64,000 bases of DNA from an uncultured Phycisphaerales bacterium (GCA_938084645.1 CALKEP010000010.1:21851-85850); one strand, 5' to 3'; shown: positions 30,693 to 41,182, numbered from the stretch's first letter. Numbers and translations are program-made. Notes: generated by a model not told the origin, from the letters alone.

Positions 30693-30947
30693 TCAGGCAT
30701 CCCCGCCCGGTTCCGACGCGTCCGTGTCGAGCTCGACCTCCGCGATCTCGGTCGCGGCGGCATCGAGAATGGATCGACATCGCGTGAGAAGCGTCCGGCC
30801 GCGGCCGTAGGCCTCGAGGCTCTCCTCGAGCGGAATGTCGCCCTCCTCGAGACGATCGATGATCGATTCCAGTTCCGACGCGGCCTCCTCGAAGCGGAGC
30901 GGTTCGCTGGAATCGTCTTCGGCCTGCTTGCGGGTCTTCTTCGCCAT
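30693..30947 (-). CDS. xseB: Exodeoxyribonuclease VII small subunit
   Basis: FEEAASELESIIDRLEEGDIPLEESLEAYGRG...C...L..A; follows xseA. Confidence 0.95.
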   Translation of the reverse strand: MAKKTRKQAEDDSSEPLRFEEAASELESIIDRLEEGDIPLEESLEAYGRGRTLLTRCRSILDAAATEIAEVELDTDASEPGGDA

Positions 30948-30959
30948 GCTCGGACTCTA

Positions 30960-32480
30960 TCAGGGTCGGGGATCGGAATCCGAATCCTCCCGGACCCGGT
31001 CGACCGTCGCGTCGAACTCGCCCCGGGCGAGCCGCGTGGTGACGTTCATTCCGGCCGTGAGCCGGGAGGCGTCTCGGATCGGTCGCCCCTGAGGGTCGAG
31101 GGTGAGGGAGTAGCCTCGATCGAGGACCTGCTCGGGACCGACGGCTCGGAGTCGTCGCGCCGCGTGCTCCACGAGCGTGCGGTGGCGTTCAAGCAGTGTG
31201 GTCATCGCGCGGTCGAGCCGACGGCCGTCGGATTCGATCCGGTCCATCGCCATCGTGGCCCGATTCCGCGGAGAGCAGGCCGCAAGTCGCGACTCCGAAC
31301 GGTCGGTGCGGGTGGTCGCGACGACCAGTCGGGCCCGAAGCGCGACGTCGAGCCGGGCCTGGAGTTCCTTGGCTCGCCGCAGATGCGGATCGACCAGCCG
31401 TTCCGGGCGTCGAATCAACTCATGACGTGCGGATGCCGCGAGCCTCGCGGCGGCACGCTCGAGCCGCCCGGCGACGAGCATCCGAAGGCGTTCGAGTCGG
31501 GAATCGAGGACCCCTCGATGTTCCCGGGCGTCCGGCACCAGGCGCATCGCGGCCTGGGTGGGCGTCGAGGCGCGGGCGTCCGCCGCGAGCTCGGCGATCG
31601 AGGTGTCGGTCTCATGTCCGATCGCGGCGATCAGCGGGACCGGAGGTGGTCCGCCTCGCCCATGGCGCTCGATCGCCCGCCGCCGCGAGTGGTGGATGGC
31701 ATCGGCCACCTCGCGTTCGTTGAAACACCAGAGATCCTCGATGCTCCCGCCGCCACGCGTGAGCACGATGGCGTCCACGCCGAGCGCGGCCGCCTGGTCG
31801 CGCGCGGCATGGATCGCCCGAGCGATCCGCGGGGTCGCTGCGGCACCCTGCACCGGGACGTGATGCAACAGCACCTCGAATCCGGGCCATCGCTGCCGAG
31901 CGGTCGCCTCGACGTCCTGGCGAGCGGCCCCGTCCCGACTGGTGATCATCAGCAGTCGCCGGGGAAACTCGGGCATCGGAAGTCGGGCGGCCGGGTCGAA
32001 GTACCCCGCATCCGCGAGCGTCGACTTGAGCCGCTCGAATCGCTGGTGGAGATCGCCTTCGCCCTCCGCACGCAGTCGACTCACGATGAGGGAGAGACGT
32101 CCGCCCCGGTCCCAGTATTCGAGCCGCCCGGTGGCGACCACCATCTGCCCGAGCGTCGGTGTCGCGCACTCGGGGTCGAGGCGTCGCCGCTGCGCAAAGA
32201 ACGAACAACTGATCTGGGCGTCCGTGGCGTCCTTCAGTGTGAAGTACCAGTGGTCGGCGAGCCGGGGGGATCCGACCTCGCCGAGGATGCTGATCTCCCG
32301 ACCGCCGTCGATCTCCTTCAGCGACCGGTTGAGCAGCGTCACCGCCTCGCGAACCGAGTACGGTCGAGGCGTCGAAGGCTCGGTCGCCGATTCGGTCGCG
32401 TCGGCGTCGTTCCCCGCGGATTGCACGAACAGCATCGCGTCGGTGATCGATCGTCGGCCTTTCGGGGGTCTCGGTGCCAC
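30960..32480 (-). CDS. xseA: Exodeoxyribonuclease VII large subunit
   Basis: HWYFTLKD, ITSRDGAARQD, RGGGSIEDLWCFN, IGHETD, STPTQAA, VLDRGYS. Confidence 0.96.
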   Translation of the reverse strand: MAPRPPKGRRSITDAMLFVQSAGNDADATESATEPSTPRPYSVREAVTLLNRSLKEIDGGREISILGEVGSPRLADHWYFTLKDATDAQISCSFFAQRRRLDPECATPTLGQMVVATGRLEYWDRGGRLSLIVSRLRAEGEGDLHQRFERLKSTLADAGYFDPAARLPMPEFPRRLLMITSRDGAARQDVEATARQRWPGFEVLLHHVPVQGAAATPRIARAIHAARDQAAALGVDAIVLTRGGGSIEDLWCFNEREVADAIHHSRRRAIERHGRGGPPPVPLIAAIGHETDTSIAELAADARASTPTQAAMRLVPDAREHRGVLDSRLERLRMLVAGRLERAAARLAASARHELIRRPERLVDPHLRRAKELQARLDVALRARLVVATTRTDRSESRLAACSPRNRATMAMDRIESDGRRLDRAMTTLLERHRTLVEHAARRLRAVGPEQVLDRGYSLTLDPQGRPIRDASRLTAGMNVTTRLARGEFDATVDRVREDSDSDPRP

Positions 32481-32481
32481 G

Positions 32482-32496
32482 GACGTATGCTACGTC
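32482..32496. promoter_or_regulatory. Palindrome with overlapping divergent -10 boxes between xseA and recG
   Basis: GACGTA-TGC-TACGTC; TATGCT on + (32486-32491), TAGCAT on - (32492-32487), the latter 6 nt from the xseA GTG. Confidence 0.55.
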
Positions 32497-32524
32497 TCCG
32501 ACCCGAGCCGCACCGGATTCCGAA

Positions 32525-34636
32525 ATGACCGACGTTCCAGCGATCCAGATCGACGACGCGATCGAAGCCGTACCCGGTGTGGGCCCGAGGACCGCCGCGA
32601 TCCTGCAGCGGCTCGCCATCGGCACGGTCGGCGATCTCCTCGATCACGTCCCCATCCGCTACGAGCAGGAGCATGCCGAAGCCTCGATCGCCGAGGTGGA
32701 TGCTTCCATTCCGGAAGAGGACGGGACGACCGCGAACGTCGCGGTCCGCGGGGAGATCGCGGCGATCAAGATCCCGCCCGGGCGTCGTCCGAGGATCGAG
32801 GCGACCCTCGAGGACGCCTCCGGCCGAATCCAGCTCGTGTGGTTCAACGCCCCCTGGCTTCGGAACAAGCTCCGGCCGGGCATGTCGCTCGTCGCCGAAG
32901 GCCGCGCGAAGCGGTACCGCGGCTACCTCCAGCTCGCGAACCCCCAGTGGCGGACGGTGGACGAGGCCGAAGACCTCCCCGCCCGGGACGCCCGCCTTCG
33001 GCCGGTCTACGCCGCCAGCGAGGATCTCCCCAGCCGGCGGATCGAGGAGTACATCGATCGGATCCTCGAACCGGCGACCACGGGGATGGAGGATCCCCTG
33101 CCCGAACGGTTCCGGCATGCGCGGGCCCTCCGGCCCCTCGGCGAGGCGTATCGCGCCATCCACCGTCCCGATTCCCGTCGGGATGCCGACGACGGCCGAC
33201 GACGGCTCGCCTACGACGAACTCTTCCTGCTCCAGCTCGGCGTCATGATGAAGCGCCGACATCTCCGCTCGACCCTCACCGCCGCCGCCCTCGAGACGAC
33301 GCCGGACATCAACGCTCGGATCCGCGATCGATTCCCCTTCGAGTTGACGCCGGATCAGGTCCGGGTCTGCGCGGAGATCGGCAACGATCTGGCGCGAAGC
33401 ATCCCGACCAATCGACTCTTGCAGGGCGACGTGGGTGCGGGGAAGACCGCGGTCGCGGTGCACGCGATGCTGCTCGCCGCCGCCCACGGTCATCAGGCGG
33501 CGTTGATGGCACCGACCTCGATTCTCGCGGAACAACACCACGCGTCGATCGGGCGAATGCTCGAAGGCGCCTCGCTCGAGATCGGGCTTCTGACCGGCTC
33601 CACGCCGCCCGCGGAGAAGCGTGCGCTGCTCGAGCGGATCGCCGATGGAAGCCAGCGGCTCCTCGTCGGCACCCACGCCCTCCTTTCGGAGCGGACCGAA
33701 TTCGCGGATCTCGCGTTGGTCATCATCGACGAGCAACACCGGTTCGGGGTCGAGCAGCGATCGCGGCTTCGTCGACCCAATCGGGATGGTCGGGTCCCCC
33801 ACGTGCTCGTCATGACCGCGACGCCGATTCCAAGGACCCTCTCGCTGACCGTCTTCGGCGACCTCGACGTCTCCGCGATCCGGGAACTGCCTCCCGGACG
33901 ATCGCCGACCGTGACCAGGGTGGTCGTGCCGGGCAAGGCGCCGGACGTCTACGGATTCCTCGCCGATCGCGTCGCGGCGGGCGAACAGGGATTCGTGGTG
34001 GTACCGGCGGTCGAGGAATCCGACGCGGGACTGGCCGACGTCGAGAACCACCGCGCGATGCTCGAAGCCGGTCCCCTCGCGGGCCTCCGACTCGCCGGGG
34101 TGCACGGACGGATGAAGCCGGATGAACGGGAAGCGGTGATGAACCGGTTCCGGGCCGGGGAGATCGACGTCCTCGTCGCCACCGTGGTCATCGAAGTCGG
34201 GGTCGACGTCCCGAACGCCACGGTGATGGTGATCGAGCATGCGGAGCGATTCGGGCTCGCCCAGCTCCATCAGCTTCGCGGCCGGGTCGGACGAGGATCC
34301 GCCCGTGGCGTCTGCGCCCTGATCGGCGAGCCGACGACCGAAGAGGGCCGGCGCCGTCTGGAGGCGATCGCCTCGACCGACGACGGATTCGAGATCGCCG
34401 AACTCGACCTCGGCATCCGCGGCCCCGGCGAACTCTTCGGTGCTCGACAGTCGGGGCTTCCTCCCTTCCGAGTCGCGGACCTGCTGGCCGATCTCGATCT
34501 TCTCCGCATCGCACGCGAGGACGCCTCGAGCTGGATCGAAGATGACCCGCGCCTGCTGGGGCCGGATGCGATGGAGATCCGGCGACGCCTGCTCGAGCGA
34601 TACGGCGCGACACTCGGTCTCGGTGACGTCGGGTGA
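32525..34636 (+). CDS. recG: ATP-dependent DNA helicase RecG
   Basis: RLLQGDVGAGKT, IIDEQHRFGV, MTATPIPRTL, EVGVDVPNA, QLHQLRGRVGRG, DGFEIAELDL. Confidence 0.98.
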   Translation: MTDVPAIQIDDAIEAVPGVGPRTAAILQRLAIGTVGDLLDHVPIRYEQEHAEASIAEVDASIPEEDGTTANVAVRGEIAAIKIPPGRRPRIEATLEDASGRIQLVWFNAPWLRNKLRPGMSLVAEGRAKRYRGYLQLANPQWRTVDEAEDLPARDARLRPVYAASEDLPSRRIEEYIDRILEPATTGMEDPLPERFRHARALRPLGEAYRAIHRPDSRRDADDGRRRLAYDELFLLQLGVMMKRRHLRSTLTAAALETTPDINARIRDRFPFELTPDQVRVCAEIGNDLARSIPTNRLLQGDVGAGKTAVAVHAMLLAAAHGHQAALMAPTSILAEQHHASIGRMLEGASLEIGLLTGSTPPAEKRALLERIADGSQRLLVGTHALLSERTEFADLALVIIDEQHRFGVEQRSRLRRPNRDGRVPHVLVMTATPIPRTLSLTVFGDLDVSAIRELPPGRSPTVTRVVVPGKAPDVYGFLADRVAAGEQGFVVVPAVEESDAGLADVENHRAMLEAGPLAGLRLAGVHGRMKPDEREAVMNRFRAGEIDVLVATVVIEVGVDVPNATVMVIEHAERFGLAQLHQLRGRVGRGSARGVCALIGEPTTEEGRRRLEAIASTDDGFEIAELDLGIRGPGELFGARQSGLPPFRVADLLADLDLLRIAREDASSWIEDDPRLLGPDAMEIRRRLLERYGATLGLGDVG

Positions 34637-34662
34637 CCGGTGCGACCCCGTAGGATGCCCGC

Positions 34663-36417
34663 ATGAGCACCAACGAGGACATCGGGGCCATCTTCGAGGA
34701 GATGGCGACGCTTCTGGAACTGACCGGGGCGAACGGATTTCGCGTCAACGCCCACACCAAGGTGGCCCGCGTCGTCGAAGGCCTTGCTTCGAATCTCGCC
34801 GACATCGCCCGCGGCGAGCAGGCCCTGGCCGCCCTCCAGAAGATCGACGGCATCGGCAAGTCGAGCGCCGAGAAGATCGTCGCGTTCGTGGAGACGGGGA
34901 AGGTGGCGGAACTCGACGCCCTGCGGGCCGAGGTTCCCGACGGCCTCCGGGCGGTCATGCAGGTCCCCGGCCTCGGACCGAAGACGGTTCGCCGATTCTG
35001 GCAGGAGGCGTCGGTGGAATCGCTGGCGGATCTCGAAGCGGCGCTGGATGACGGTCGTCTCGAGGCCCTGCCCCGGATGGGCCGGAAGACCCTCGACAAC
35101 ATCCGCGCGTCGGTCGACTTCATGAAGTCGGCCGGAGATCGGCGACGACTGGGCGACGCGCTTCCGCTCGCGGAGCGGGTGGTGAGGGTGATGGAGGCGT
35201 TGCCGGGCATGCGCCGCGTCGCCTGGGCGGGAAGCCTGCGTCGAGGCCAGGAGACCATCGGCGACGTCGACATCCTCGTCAGCACCGACGACCCCGACGC
35301 GGCGAGCGCCGCGTTTCGGGAGCAGCCCGGGGTGAGCCGGGTGCTCGTCGCGGGCGAGACCAAGTCCTCGGTCCGACTCGAAGAGGGCATCCAGGTCGAT
35401 CTCCGGGTCGTGCCGGAGGAGGTCTGGGGGGCGACGCTGCTGTATTTCACCGGCAGCAAGGATCACAACGTCGCGCTTCGGGAACGGGCGATCGCCCGGG
35501 GACTGCGGCTCAACGAATACGGCCTCTTTCCGGAGGACGACGAGGCGACGCCGCCCCAGCAGCGCGGAATCGCGCCCGTGGCGGCCTCGACCGAGGCCGA
35601 GATCTACGAAGCCCTCGAACTCCCGTGGATTCCGCCCGAACTCCGGGTGGATCGCGACGAATTCGACCGACCGATTCCCGATGACCTGATCACGGTCGAG
35701 GCGATCCGGGCCGAACTCCACAGTCACACCACCGCGAGCGACGGCAAGCTCTCGATCGACGAACTCGCCGCCGCGGCGATGGCCGGCGGTCGTGAGATCC
35801 TGGCGATCACCGATCACTCCCGATCCAGCGCTCAGGCCAACGGACTCGACGTCGAACGCCTTCGTCGCCACGCGGAGGCGATTCGCGAGGCCGATGCGCG
35901 GATCGACGGCATCCGTCTGCTCGCGGGCAGCGAGGTCGACATCCACGCCGACGGTTCGCTCGACTACGACGACGACGTCCTCGCGATGCTCGACGTGGTG
36001 GTCGCGAGCCCGCATGCGTCGCTCCGGCAGGAGCCCGCGGTCGCCACCGCCCGCCTCTGCGCCGCCGCCCGACATCCGCTGGTGTCGATCATCGGTCACC
36101 CGACCGGACGAATCATCGGCAGTCGCAAGGGGCTCGAGCCCGACATCGAAGCGGTCATCGCCGCGGCCATCGAGGGCGGAACGGCCCTCGAGATCAATTC
36201 GAATCCGCTCCGGCTGGATCTCCGCGACATCCACGTGCGGGCCGCGGTCGACGCGGGGTGCCTGATCTCGATCAACACCGACGCGCACCGCGCGGAGCAT
36301 CTGGAATTCATCCGGTACGGCGTGCTCACCGGTCGCCGAGGCCGGCTCGAGGCCGAAGGCTGCATCAACGCGTGGGCACCGGACCGGTTGCTCGCCTGGC
36401 TCGCCCGGAATCGCTGA
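34663..36417 (+). CDS. polX: DNA polymerase X with PHP domain
   Basis: GSLRRGQETIGDVD, VDLRVV, YFTGSKDHN; PHP motifs HSHT, TDHS, GHPTGR, NTDAH. Confidence 0.95.
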   Translation: MSTNEDIGAIFEEMATLLELTGANGFRVNAHTKVARVVEGLASNLADIARGEQALAALQKIDGIGKSSAEKIVAFVETGKVAELDALRAEVPDGLRAVMQVPGLGPKTVRRFWQEASVESLADLEAALDDGRLEALPRMGRKTLDNIRASVDFMKSAGDRRRLGDALPLAERVVRVMEALPGMRRVAWAGSLRRGQETIGDVDILVSTDDPDAASAAFREQPGVSRVLVAGETKSSVRLEEGIQVDLRVVPEEVWGATLLYFTGSKDHNVALRERAIARGLRLNEYGLFPEDDEATPPQQRGIAPVAASTEAEIYEALELPWIPPELRVDRDEFDRPIPDDLITVEAIRAELHSHTTASDGKLSIDELAAAAMAGGREILAITDHSRSSAQANGLDVERLRRHAEAIREADARIDGIRLLAGSEVDIHADGSLDYDDDVLAMLDVVVASPHASLRQEPAVATARLCAAARHPLVSIIGHPTGRIIGSRKGLEPDIEAVIAAAIEGGTALEINSNPLRLDLRDIHVRAAVDAGCLISINTDAHRAEHLEFIRYGVLTGRRGRLEAEGCINAWAPDRLLAWLARNR

Positions 36418-36471
36418 CGCGACGAACGGCCGGCGACGCGTGCGACGCCGACCGTTCGCCGCGTGGCGAGG

Positions 36472-37056
36472 TCATCCCTTCGAGTTCTTCGCGTTCCGGG
36501 TCCCCTGCTTGGTGACCTCGGCCTCGCCGCTCCACGCATCGAGACTCTGCGCCGCGTTCACCAGGTTGAGCTGGAAGACGAAGCTGGACTGCTTGGTGGA
36601 GCCCGCGGAGGTCCGGATCTCGAGGATCTTCCCGTTGATCACGAAGTAGGGAAGCCGCGGCGCGTCGTCGCCCGCCTTGAAGTCCTCGTAGTCGGCCACC
36701 TCGTTCGCCCGGGCGTCGCTGCTGGCGAACGCGACCTTGCCGGACTGCTGCAGCGCGATCTTGATCTTCTGGGTGAGCAGGTCGGTGTCGACGCGCTGGG
36801 TCGTGTCGTTGATGACGCGAGTGACTTCGACCCGCGCCGGCTTCACCGGCGCGCTGTCGAGCGCACCACTGGCGAAGAGCTGCTGGAGGACCTGGTCGGC
36901 GGCGTTCGACCAGTCCTGGACGTCGATCTGGTCGATCGACACGATCTTGTCGCGATCATCCGTGACCACCCGGGCGTTCTGCTGGCAGCCGACGCCGCCG
37001 AGGGTGCCGATGGCGAGGGTGATGACGAGCGGGGATGTGGAGAGGAAGTGATTCAT
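36472..37056 (-). CDS. LpoB-like lipoprotein (penicillin-binding protein activator family)
   Basis: GVGC lipobox; VINDTTQRVDTDLLTQKIKIAL...FQLNLVN....WSGE. Confidence 0.8.
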   Translation of the reverse strand: MNHFLSTSPLVITLAIGTLGGVGCQQNARVVTDDRDKIVSIDQIDVQDWSNAADQVLQQLFASGALDSAPVKPARVEVTRVINDTTQRVDTDLLTQKIKIALQQSGKVAFASSDARANEVADYEDFKAGDDAPRLPYFVINGKILEIRTSAGSTKQSSFVFQLNLVNAAQSLDAWSGEAEVTKQGTRNAKNSKG

Positions 37057-37075
37057 GGTTGGCTCCGAAGCCGGT

Positions 37076-37453
37076 TCAGTCGGCGTTGGTGAGAGTCAGG
37101 CGGAAATCGGCGGCACGAGGATCGGTCGCGGTCGCGGTGATCGTGACGAACGCGCCGGCGGGCACCTGTTCCTGGCGGAATCCGGTGGTCGGCCCGAAGA
37201 GCATTCGGCCGTCGGCGTCGAGGAACTCGAACTTGTAGTCGAAACGGGTGTCGAAGGGCAGGGTGTTCTCCACCTCGACGTCGATTCGAAGCAGGTCGTC
37301 GCTCACCTCGGTCTCCCGCACCACGCGGATGTTCGCATGGGTCGAGAGCCAGCCATCCTTGCGGATCCGCTGGTTCGACGTGACGGTGTTCGCGTAGCAC
37401 CCGGAGAACATCAGGACCGCGAGGGCGGTCAGCAGGCGGGGCGTGAATTTCAT
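37076..37453 (-). CDS. YcfL/DUF1425 family lipoprotein
   Basis: FSGC lipobox; VENT.....FDYKFEFLDADG...ATATDPRAADFRL. Confidence 0.8.
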   Translation of the reverse strand: MKFTPRLLTALAVLMFSGCYANTVTSNQRIRKDGWLSTHANIRVVRETEVSDDLLRIDVEVENTLPFDTRFDYKFEFLDADGRMLFGPTTGFRQEQVPAGAFVTITATATDPRAADFRLTLTNAD

Positions 37454-38925
37454 CGGAACGGTCCTTTCAACGGAGGAACGAGGGCGACGGGATCGTCGGA
37501 TGCGGGCGATGCGGGCTCGCCCGTGAGTCTGAAGGAATGGACGATGGCGGGGCCACCGCTTCGAACGCTTCGCATGACGATCATGCTGTCGCGATCCGCG
37601 GGGACGTCGATCTCGTGCGTCCCGACGTCGCCGTCGATCACGACCCGCCCATCGGCGGGCGTCGGGATCCTCGCCACGGCGTAGTACCGGGGCAGCGTCC
37701 GCCAGGTTCGAAGGTCGGCGATGGTCGTCGCGTATCCGTAGACGTTGGTCGCCACCATCGTGGCCAGCAGCGCCCAGCCGTTGTCGGTCTGCTGCGCCGC
37801 CAGGTTCGCCGCGAGCGAGGCCGCCGCCTTCGCGACCGCCGATGCGATCGCGCGGCCGGTGATCAGCGGCAGTTGGGCCTGGAATTCGTGCGCAACGACG
37901 CTGCCCATGTCGCAGACCACGGCGGTGTTCACGGTGACCTCGCCGCCGCGGACCCGCGCGCCGGTGGCCGCCCCACCGACCTGGACGAGCTTCGGCAGCG
38001 CGATGCCGATGAACGGCATCTCGGGGATGAACGCCGGGATTCGGAAGGAGACCTCTTCGCGGCGGGGGGCGAAGCCGCTTTCGAGAATGACCCAGGTCTG
38101 GGGGGAACGGATGCCCGATTCGATGAAGGACAGATCCGAGTCCACCGCCGGGTTGTCACCGAGGGTACCTCGGACCCGCCGGAGCAGATCGATCGATCGG
38201 TTTCGATCGCCGGAGCCGCTCCCGTCGACGTGGAGCAGCACCGCGGTGAGCCAGTCCGTGAAGGGGATGGTCCAACCCGCGTAGGGCTTGAAGCGGGCTT
38301 CCAGGTCGCCGTAGGCCGCGTCGAAGCCTGATTGAAACTCCGGATCCTCCTGGATCCGGGCGAGGTCGTCGTGCTCCTGCTCCATCTGGGCTCGGGCCGC
38401 TTCGATCTGCTCCGCGAACCGGGCCTCCGCATCCTCCTGGGCGAATTGGGCTCGCTTGAGTTCCACCCGGGCGGAATCGGGATCACCCGACGCCAGCGCG
38501 TCGAGGGCTCGCAGGGTGGCGCACATCACCCGGTCGTACGACGTCCCGAGGTAGTCGAGCGCGCGTTCGTTCACCGCGACCGCGGCGAGCGTGTCGACGA
38601 AGGTCGGCGAACCGGGATCCGCGGTTCGCTTCATCGCGTCCCAGGCCCGACCGAGGGTGGCGTCGCTCGCCGCATGTCGACCGGCGATCCGCTGGACCGT
38701 CCCCAGTTCGAGCGCGTCGATGATCTCGTTCCGTTCGGTGTCGTCGCTCGCCATGCGAGCCGCCGACGTGACGGCATCGTCCCAACGCCCGGCCTCGAGA
38801 TCGGCGAGGTAGCCACTGGCGCGATCGTTGTGATTCGCACATCCTGCGAATCCACCGAGCACGGCGATCACCGCGGCATGGATCGCCGCGTCGCGGATTC
38901 GTCGAATCGATCGACCTCGGGTCAC
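37450..38925 (-). CDS. COG3014-like TPR lipoprotein
   Basis: FAGC lipobox; YLGTSYDRVM, VILESGFAPRREE, IALPK, ADLRTWRTLP; GTGA overlap with the upstream gene. Confidence 0.8.
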   Translation of the reverse strand: MTRGRSIRRIRDAAIHAAVIAVLGGFAGCANHNDRASGYLADLEAGRWDDAVTSAARMASDDTERNEIIDALELGTVQRIAGRHAASDATLGRAWDAMKRTADPGSPTFVDTLAAVAVNERALDYLGTSYDRVMCATLRALDALASGDPDSARVELKRAQFAQEDAEARFAEQIEAARAQMEQEHDDLARIQEDPEFQSGFDAAYGDLEARFKPYAGWTIPFTDWLTAVLLHVDGSGSGDRNRSIDLLRRVRGTLGDNPAVDSDLSFIESGIRSPQTWVILESGFAPRREEVSFRIPAFIPEMPFIGIALPKLVQVGGAATGARVRGGEVTVNTAVVCDMGSVVAHEFQAQLPLITGRAIASAVAKAAASLAANLAAQQTDNGWALLATMVATNVYGYATTIADLRTWRTLPRYYAVARIPTPADGRVVIDGDVGTHEIDVPADRDSMIVMRSVRSGGPAIVHSFRLTGEPASPASDDPVALVPPLKGPFR

Positions 38926-41048
38926 CAGCGATTCCAGAAGGAGTTCCACTGCTCGATCACCGGCGCCTGGTCGGTGTCGACCTTGATCGACTCGTCACGT
39001 CGCTGGTCGATCTTGAATCCGCTCTGCCGCAGGAACTGGGCGAAGCCGCGAATTCGCGCGACCTCGGCCGCGGTCAACGCCGCGTCCCGCTTCAGGCCTT
39101 CGAAGATCGCGGCGTTCTCGACCCATCGACGACGCTCCTCGTCATCGAGCCGGAGCCCGACCGAGATCCGCTGCGGCGCGGACTCCGTGCCTTGCAGGAC
39201 CATGATCGAGCGACTCCAGGCTTCGGCGCCGTTCCGGGTGATGGTCATTCGATGCGGGCCGCGTTCCGCGGCGATGGCGCACGGCGTGGTGCAGACCACG
39301 AATCCGTCCATCGCCACCTCCGCACCCCCGACCAGGACCGGCAGGTCCGTTCCCGTGATCCGCCAGCCGTCTTCCCCGTCGGGAACGATCTCGGGAACGC
39401 TGAGGCCTTCGATCACGACGTCGACCTTCAGGAATCCGAGATCGGGCCCCGCCGCGTCGGCGGCACCGATCAGGGCCCCGGCATCCGCCCGCAACTGCGT
39501 CGCGATCGTGCGGGACGCGTCGGTGTACAGGCGGCCGGCGAGATCCTCATCGATCTCGACCCGCGCGGCACCGCCGCCTTCGGAGGCCATCGAACCCGCG
39601 CGGATCGTGAAGTAGTCACCCGCCTCGGCCGCACCGTTGGCACCCGAGAGGAGCCGCCAACCACCCCGGAGCACCGTCTCCCGCATGCTGGTTCGCTGGC
39701 CGTTGACCTCGACGCGACGAAGCTGTCGATCCATGGTCGCGAGATCGACGACCATCACCGAGCGGGCTCCGACTGCAGTGGCCATGCGGACGATGGAGGC
39801 ATCGGACTCGATGGCCGCGTCGGCCTCGCCGGGCCGGATCGCTTCCACCAGATCCGCGGGGCGGATCGCCGCCACGCCCTCCGCGGCGAGCGCGCCGCCG
39901 ATGTTGGCCGCCAGGGCCGTCGCGGCACCGGCGGGAAGGCCATCGACGGTACTTCGCACCACGATCGCGATGGGTCCCAGCGAGGCGAGTCCCTTGGACG
40001 CGTCCGATCCGCGGATCACACCGCCGGAGGCACGTTCGTCCGACGTCCCGGTCGCAGGGCGCGGTGTCGCGGCGGCGTAGTTCGCGGGTGGCGACCAACC
40101 CGCGGGGGCGGGACGGACGACGTCTCCCTTCCCGGCATCTCCCGCGGTGAGGCGAGCCCGGGAGAACCGCGGACCGACGTTCGACACCACGACGGATCCA
40201 CGTTCCGTCTCGTCGTATCCGAGCGTCTCGCCGGTGTCCGGATCGACCAGCGGCTCCCCTCGTGAGGAGATGATCCAGGTCGAGCCGGCCTCGACGCAGC
40301 CGCCATCCCCGCGATTGAACGTGACCACGCCGTTGCCGACCGCCAGCACGCTCGCCGGGTAGGCGGTGTCGAGGACGCGACACGTGACCATCGCGGACGC
40401 TTCGGCGGCCAGTTCGGCCAGGAGTCGATTCGTGGCGTCCCCGCCGGCCGGCATCGCGCGGTCGTTCTCGTCCGCGGTGTCTGATCGCTCGAGTGCGACC
40501 GTCGCGGTCTCGCCCACCACCCCCGTGGTGGTGTCGAGGATCTCCACCGAGAGTCCCAGTCGGATCGTCCGGCGTTCGACCGTGCGGTCGAGGCCCTCGA
40601 ATCGACGGGTCCTCGTCATGTCCTCGAAGTCGACGATGCGAGGCACGGCGAGCCAGCGGACCCCGGCGACCCGCAGCGAGCGAGCGGTCGACGGATCGTC
40701 CGCGTCGATGAACCCCGAGGCGGCCAGGCTCTGCTCGGCCAGCACGGTGTCGAGCCGTGAACGGGTCACCATCGTGAACTTTCGAGTCGCGGCGAGATCG
40801 GTCGCGAGCCGGGCTTCGATCCCTTCCTGAAGGCGGGCGAGCGCGACGGCGTTCCCTTCCGCCTCTGCGGCGATCTCGGTCGCCGCCGCGATGTCGACCG
40901 ATCCGACGGCGAGGGAGTCCGGTCGGTCCGCCCCGCCGCTTCCGAGGCCGGTCTGGGCGGTGGCGACGGAGAAGGTCGCCGCCACGAACGAGGAAATCAA
41001 AAGGCGCGACCGGCCAAGGCGGGTCCCGACGAGGGCGTGAGTCGACAT
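38922..41048 (-). CDS. Secreted CsgG/HfaB-like protein with FlgT-C-like and PEGA-like domains
   Basis: Signal peptide; KFTMVTRSRLDTVLAEQ; LVDPDTGETLG; GAEVAMDGFVVCTTP. Confidence 0.75.
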   Translation of the reverse strand: MSTHALVGTRLGRSRLLISSFVAATFSVATAQTGLGSGGADRPDSLAVGSVDIAAATEIAAEAEGNAVALARLQEGIEARLATDLAATRKFTMVTRSRLDTVLAEQSLAASGFIDADDPSTARSLRVAGVRWLAVPRIVDFEDMTRTRRFEGLDRTVERRTIRLGLSVEILDTTTGVVGETATVALERSDTADENDRAMPAGGDATNRLLAELAAEASAMVTCRVLDTAYPASVLAVGNGVVTFNRGDGGCVEAGSTWIISSRGEPLVDPDTGETLGYDETERGSVVVSNVGPRFSRARLTAGDAGKGDVVRPAPAGWSPPANYAAATPRPATGTSDERASGGVIRGSDASKGLASLGPIAIVVRSTVDGLPAGAATALAANIGGALAAEGVAAIRPADLVEAIRPGEADAAIESDASIVRMATAVGARSVMVVDLATMDRQLRRVEVNGQRTSMRETVLRGGWRLLSGANGAAEAGDYFTIRAGSMASEGGGAARVEIDEDLAGRLYTDASRTIATQLRADAGALIGAADAAGPDLGFLKVDVVIEGLSVPEIVPDGEDGWRITGTDLPVLVGGAEVAMDGFVVCTTPCAIAAERGPHRMTITRNGAEAWSRSIMVLQGTESAPQRISVGLRLDDEERRRWVENAAIFEGLKRDAALTAAEVARIRGFAQFLRQSGFKIDQRRDESIKVDTDQAPVIEQWNSFWNRW

Positions 41049-41182
41049 GAGGGGCTCCAGAAGTGCCGGTCGAGGGGAGCACCGGCTACGGCATGTTGGA
41101 CGTCCGACGACGCCGGGTCAACCATTCGTCCGTATATACTCGTCGGTTCGCCTCGATCGAGGCCGATCGTTTCTTCCATCCC

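Noticed and set aside
34663..36417. Catalytically dead PolX
   Set aside because: The polymerase Asp triad (GDVD, VDLR) and PHP metal ligands appear intact
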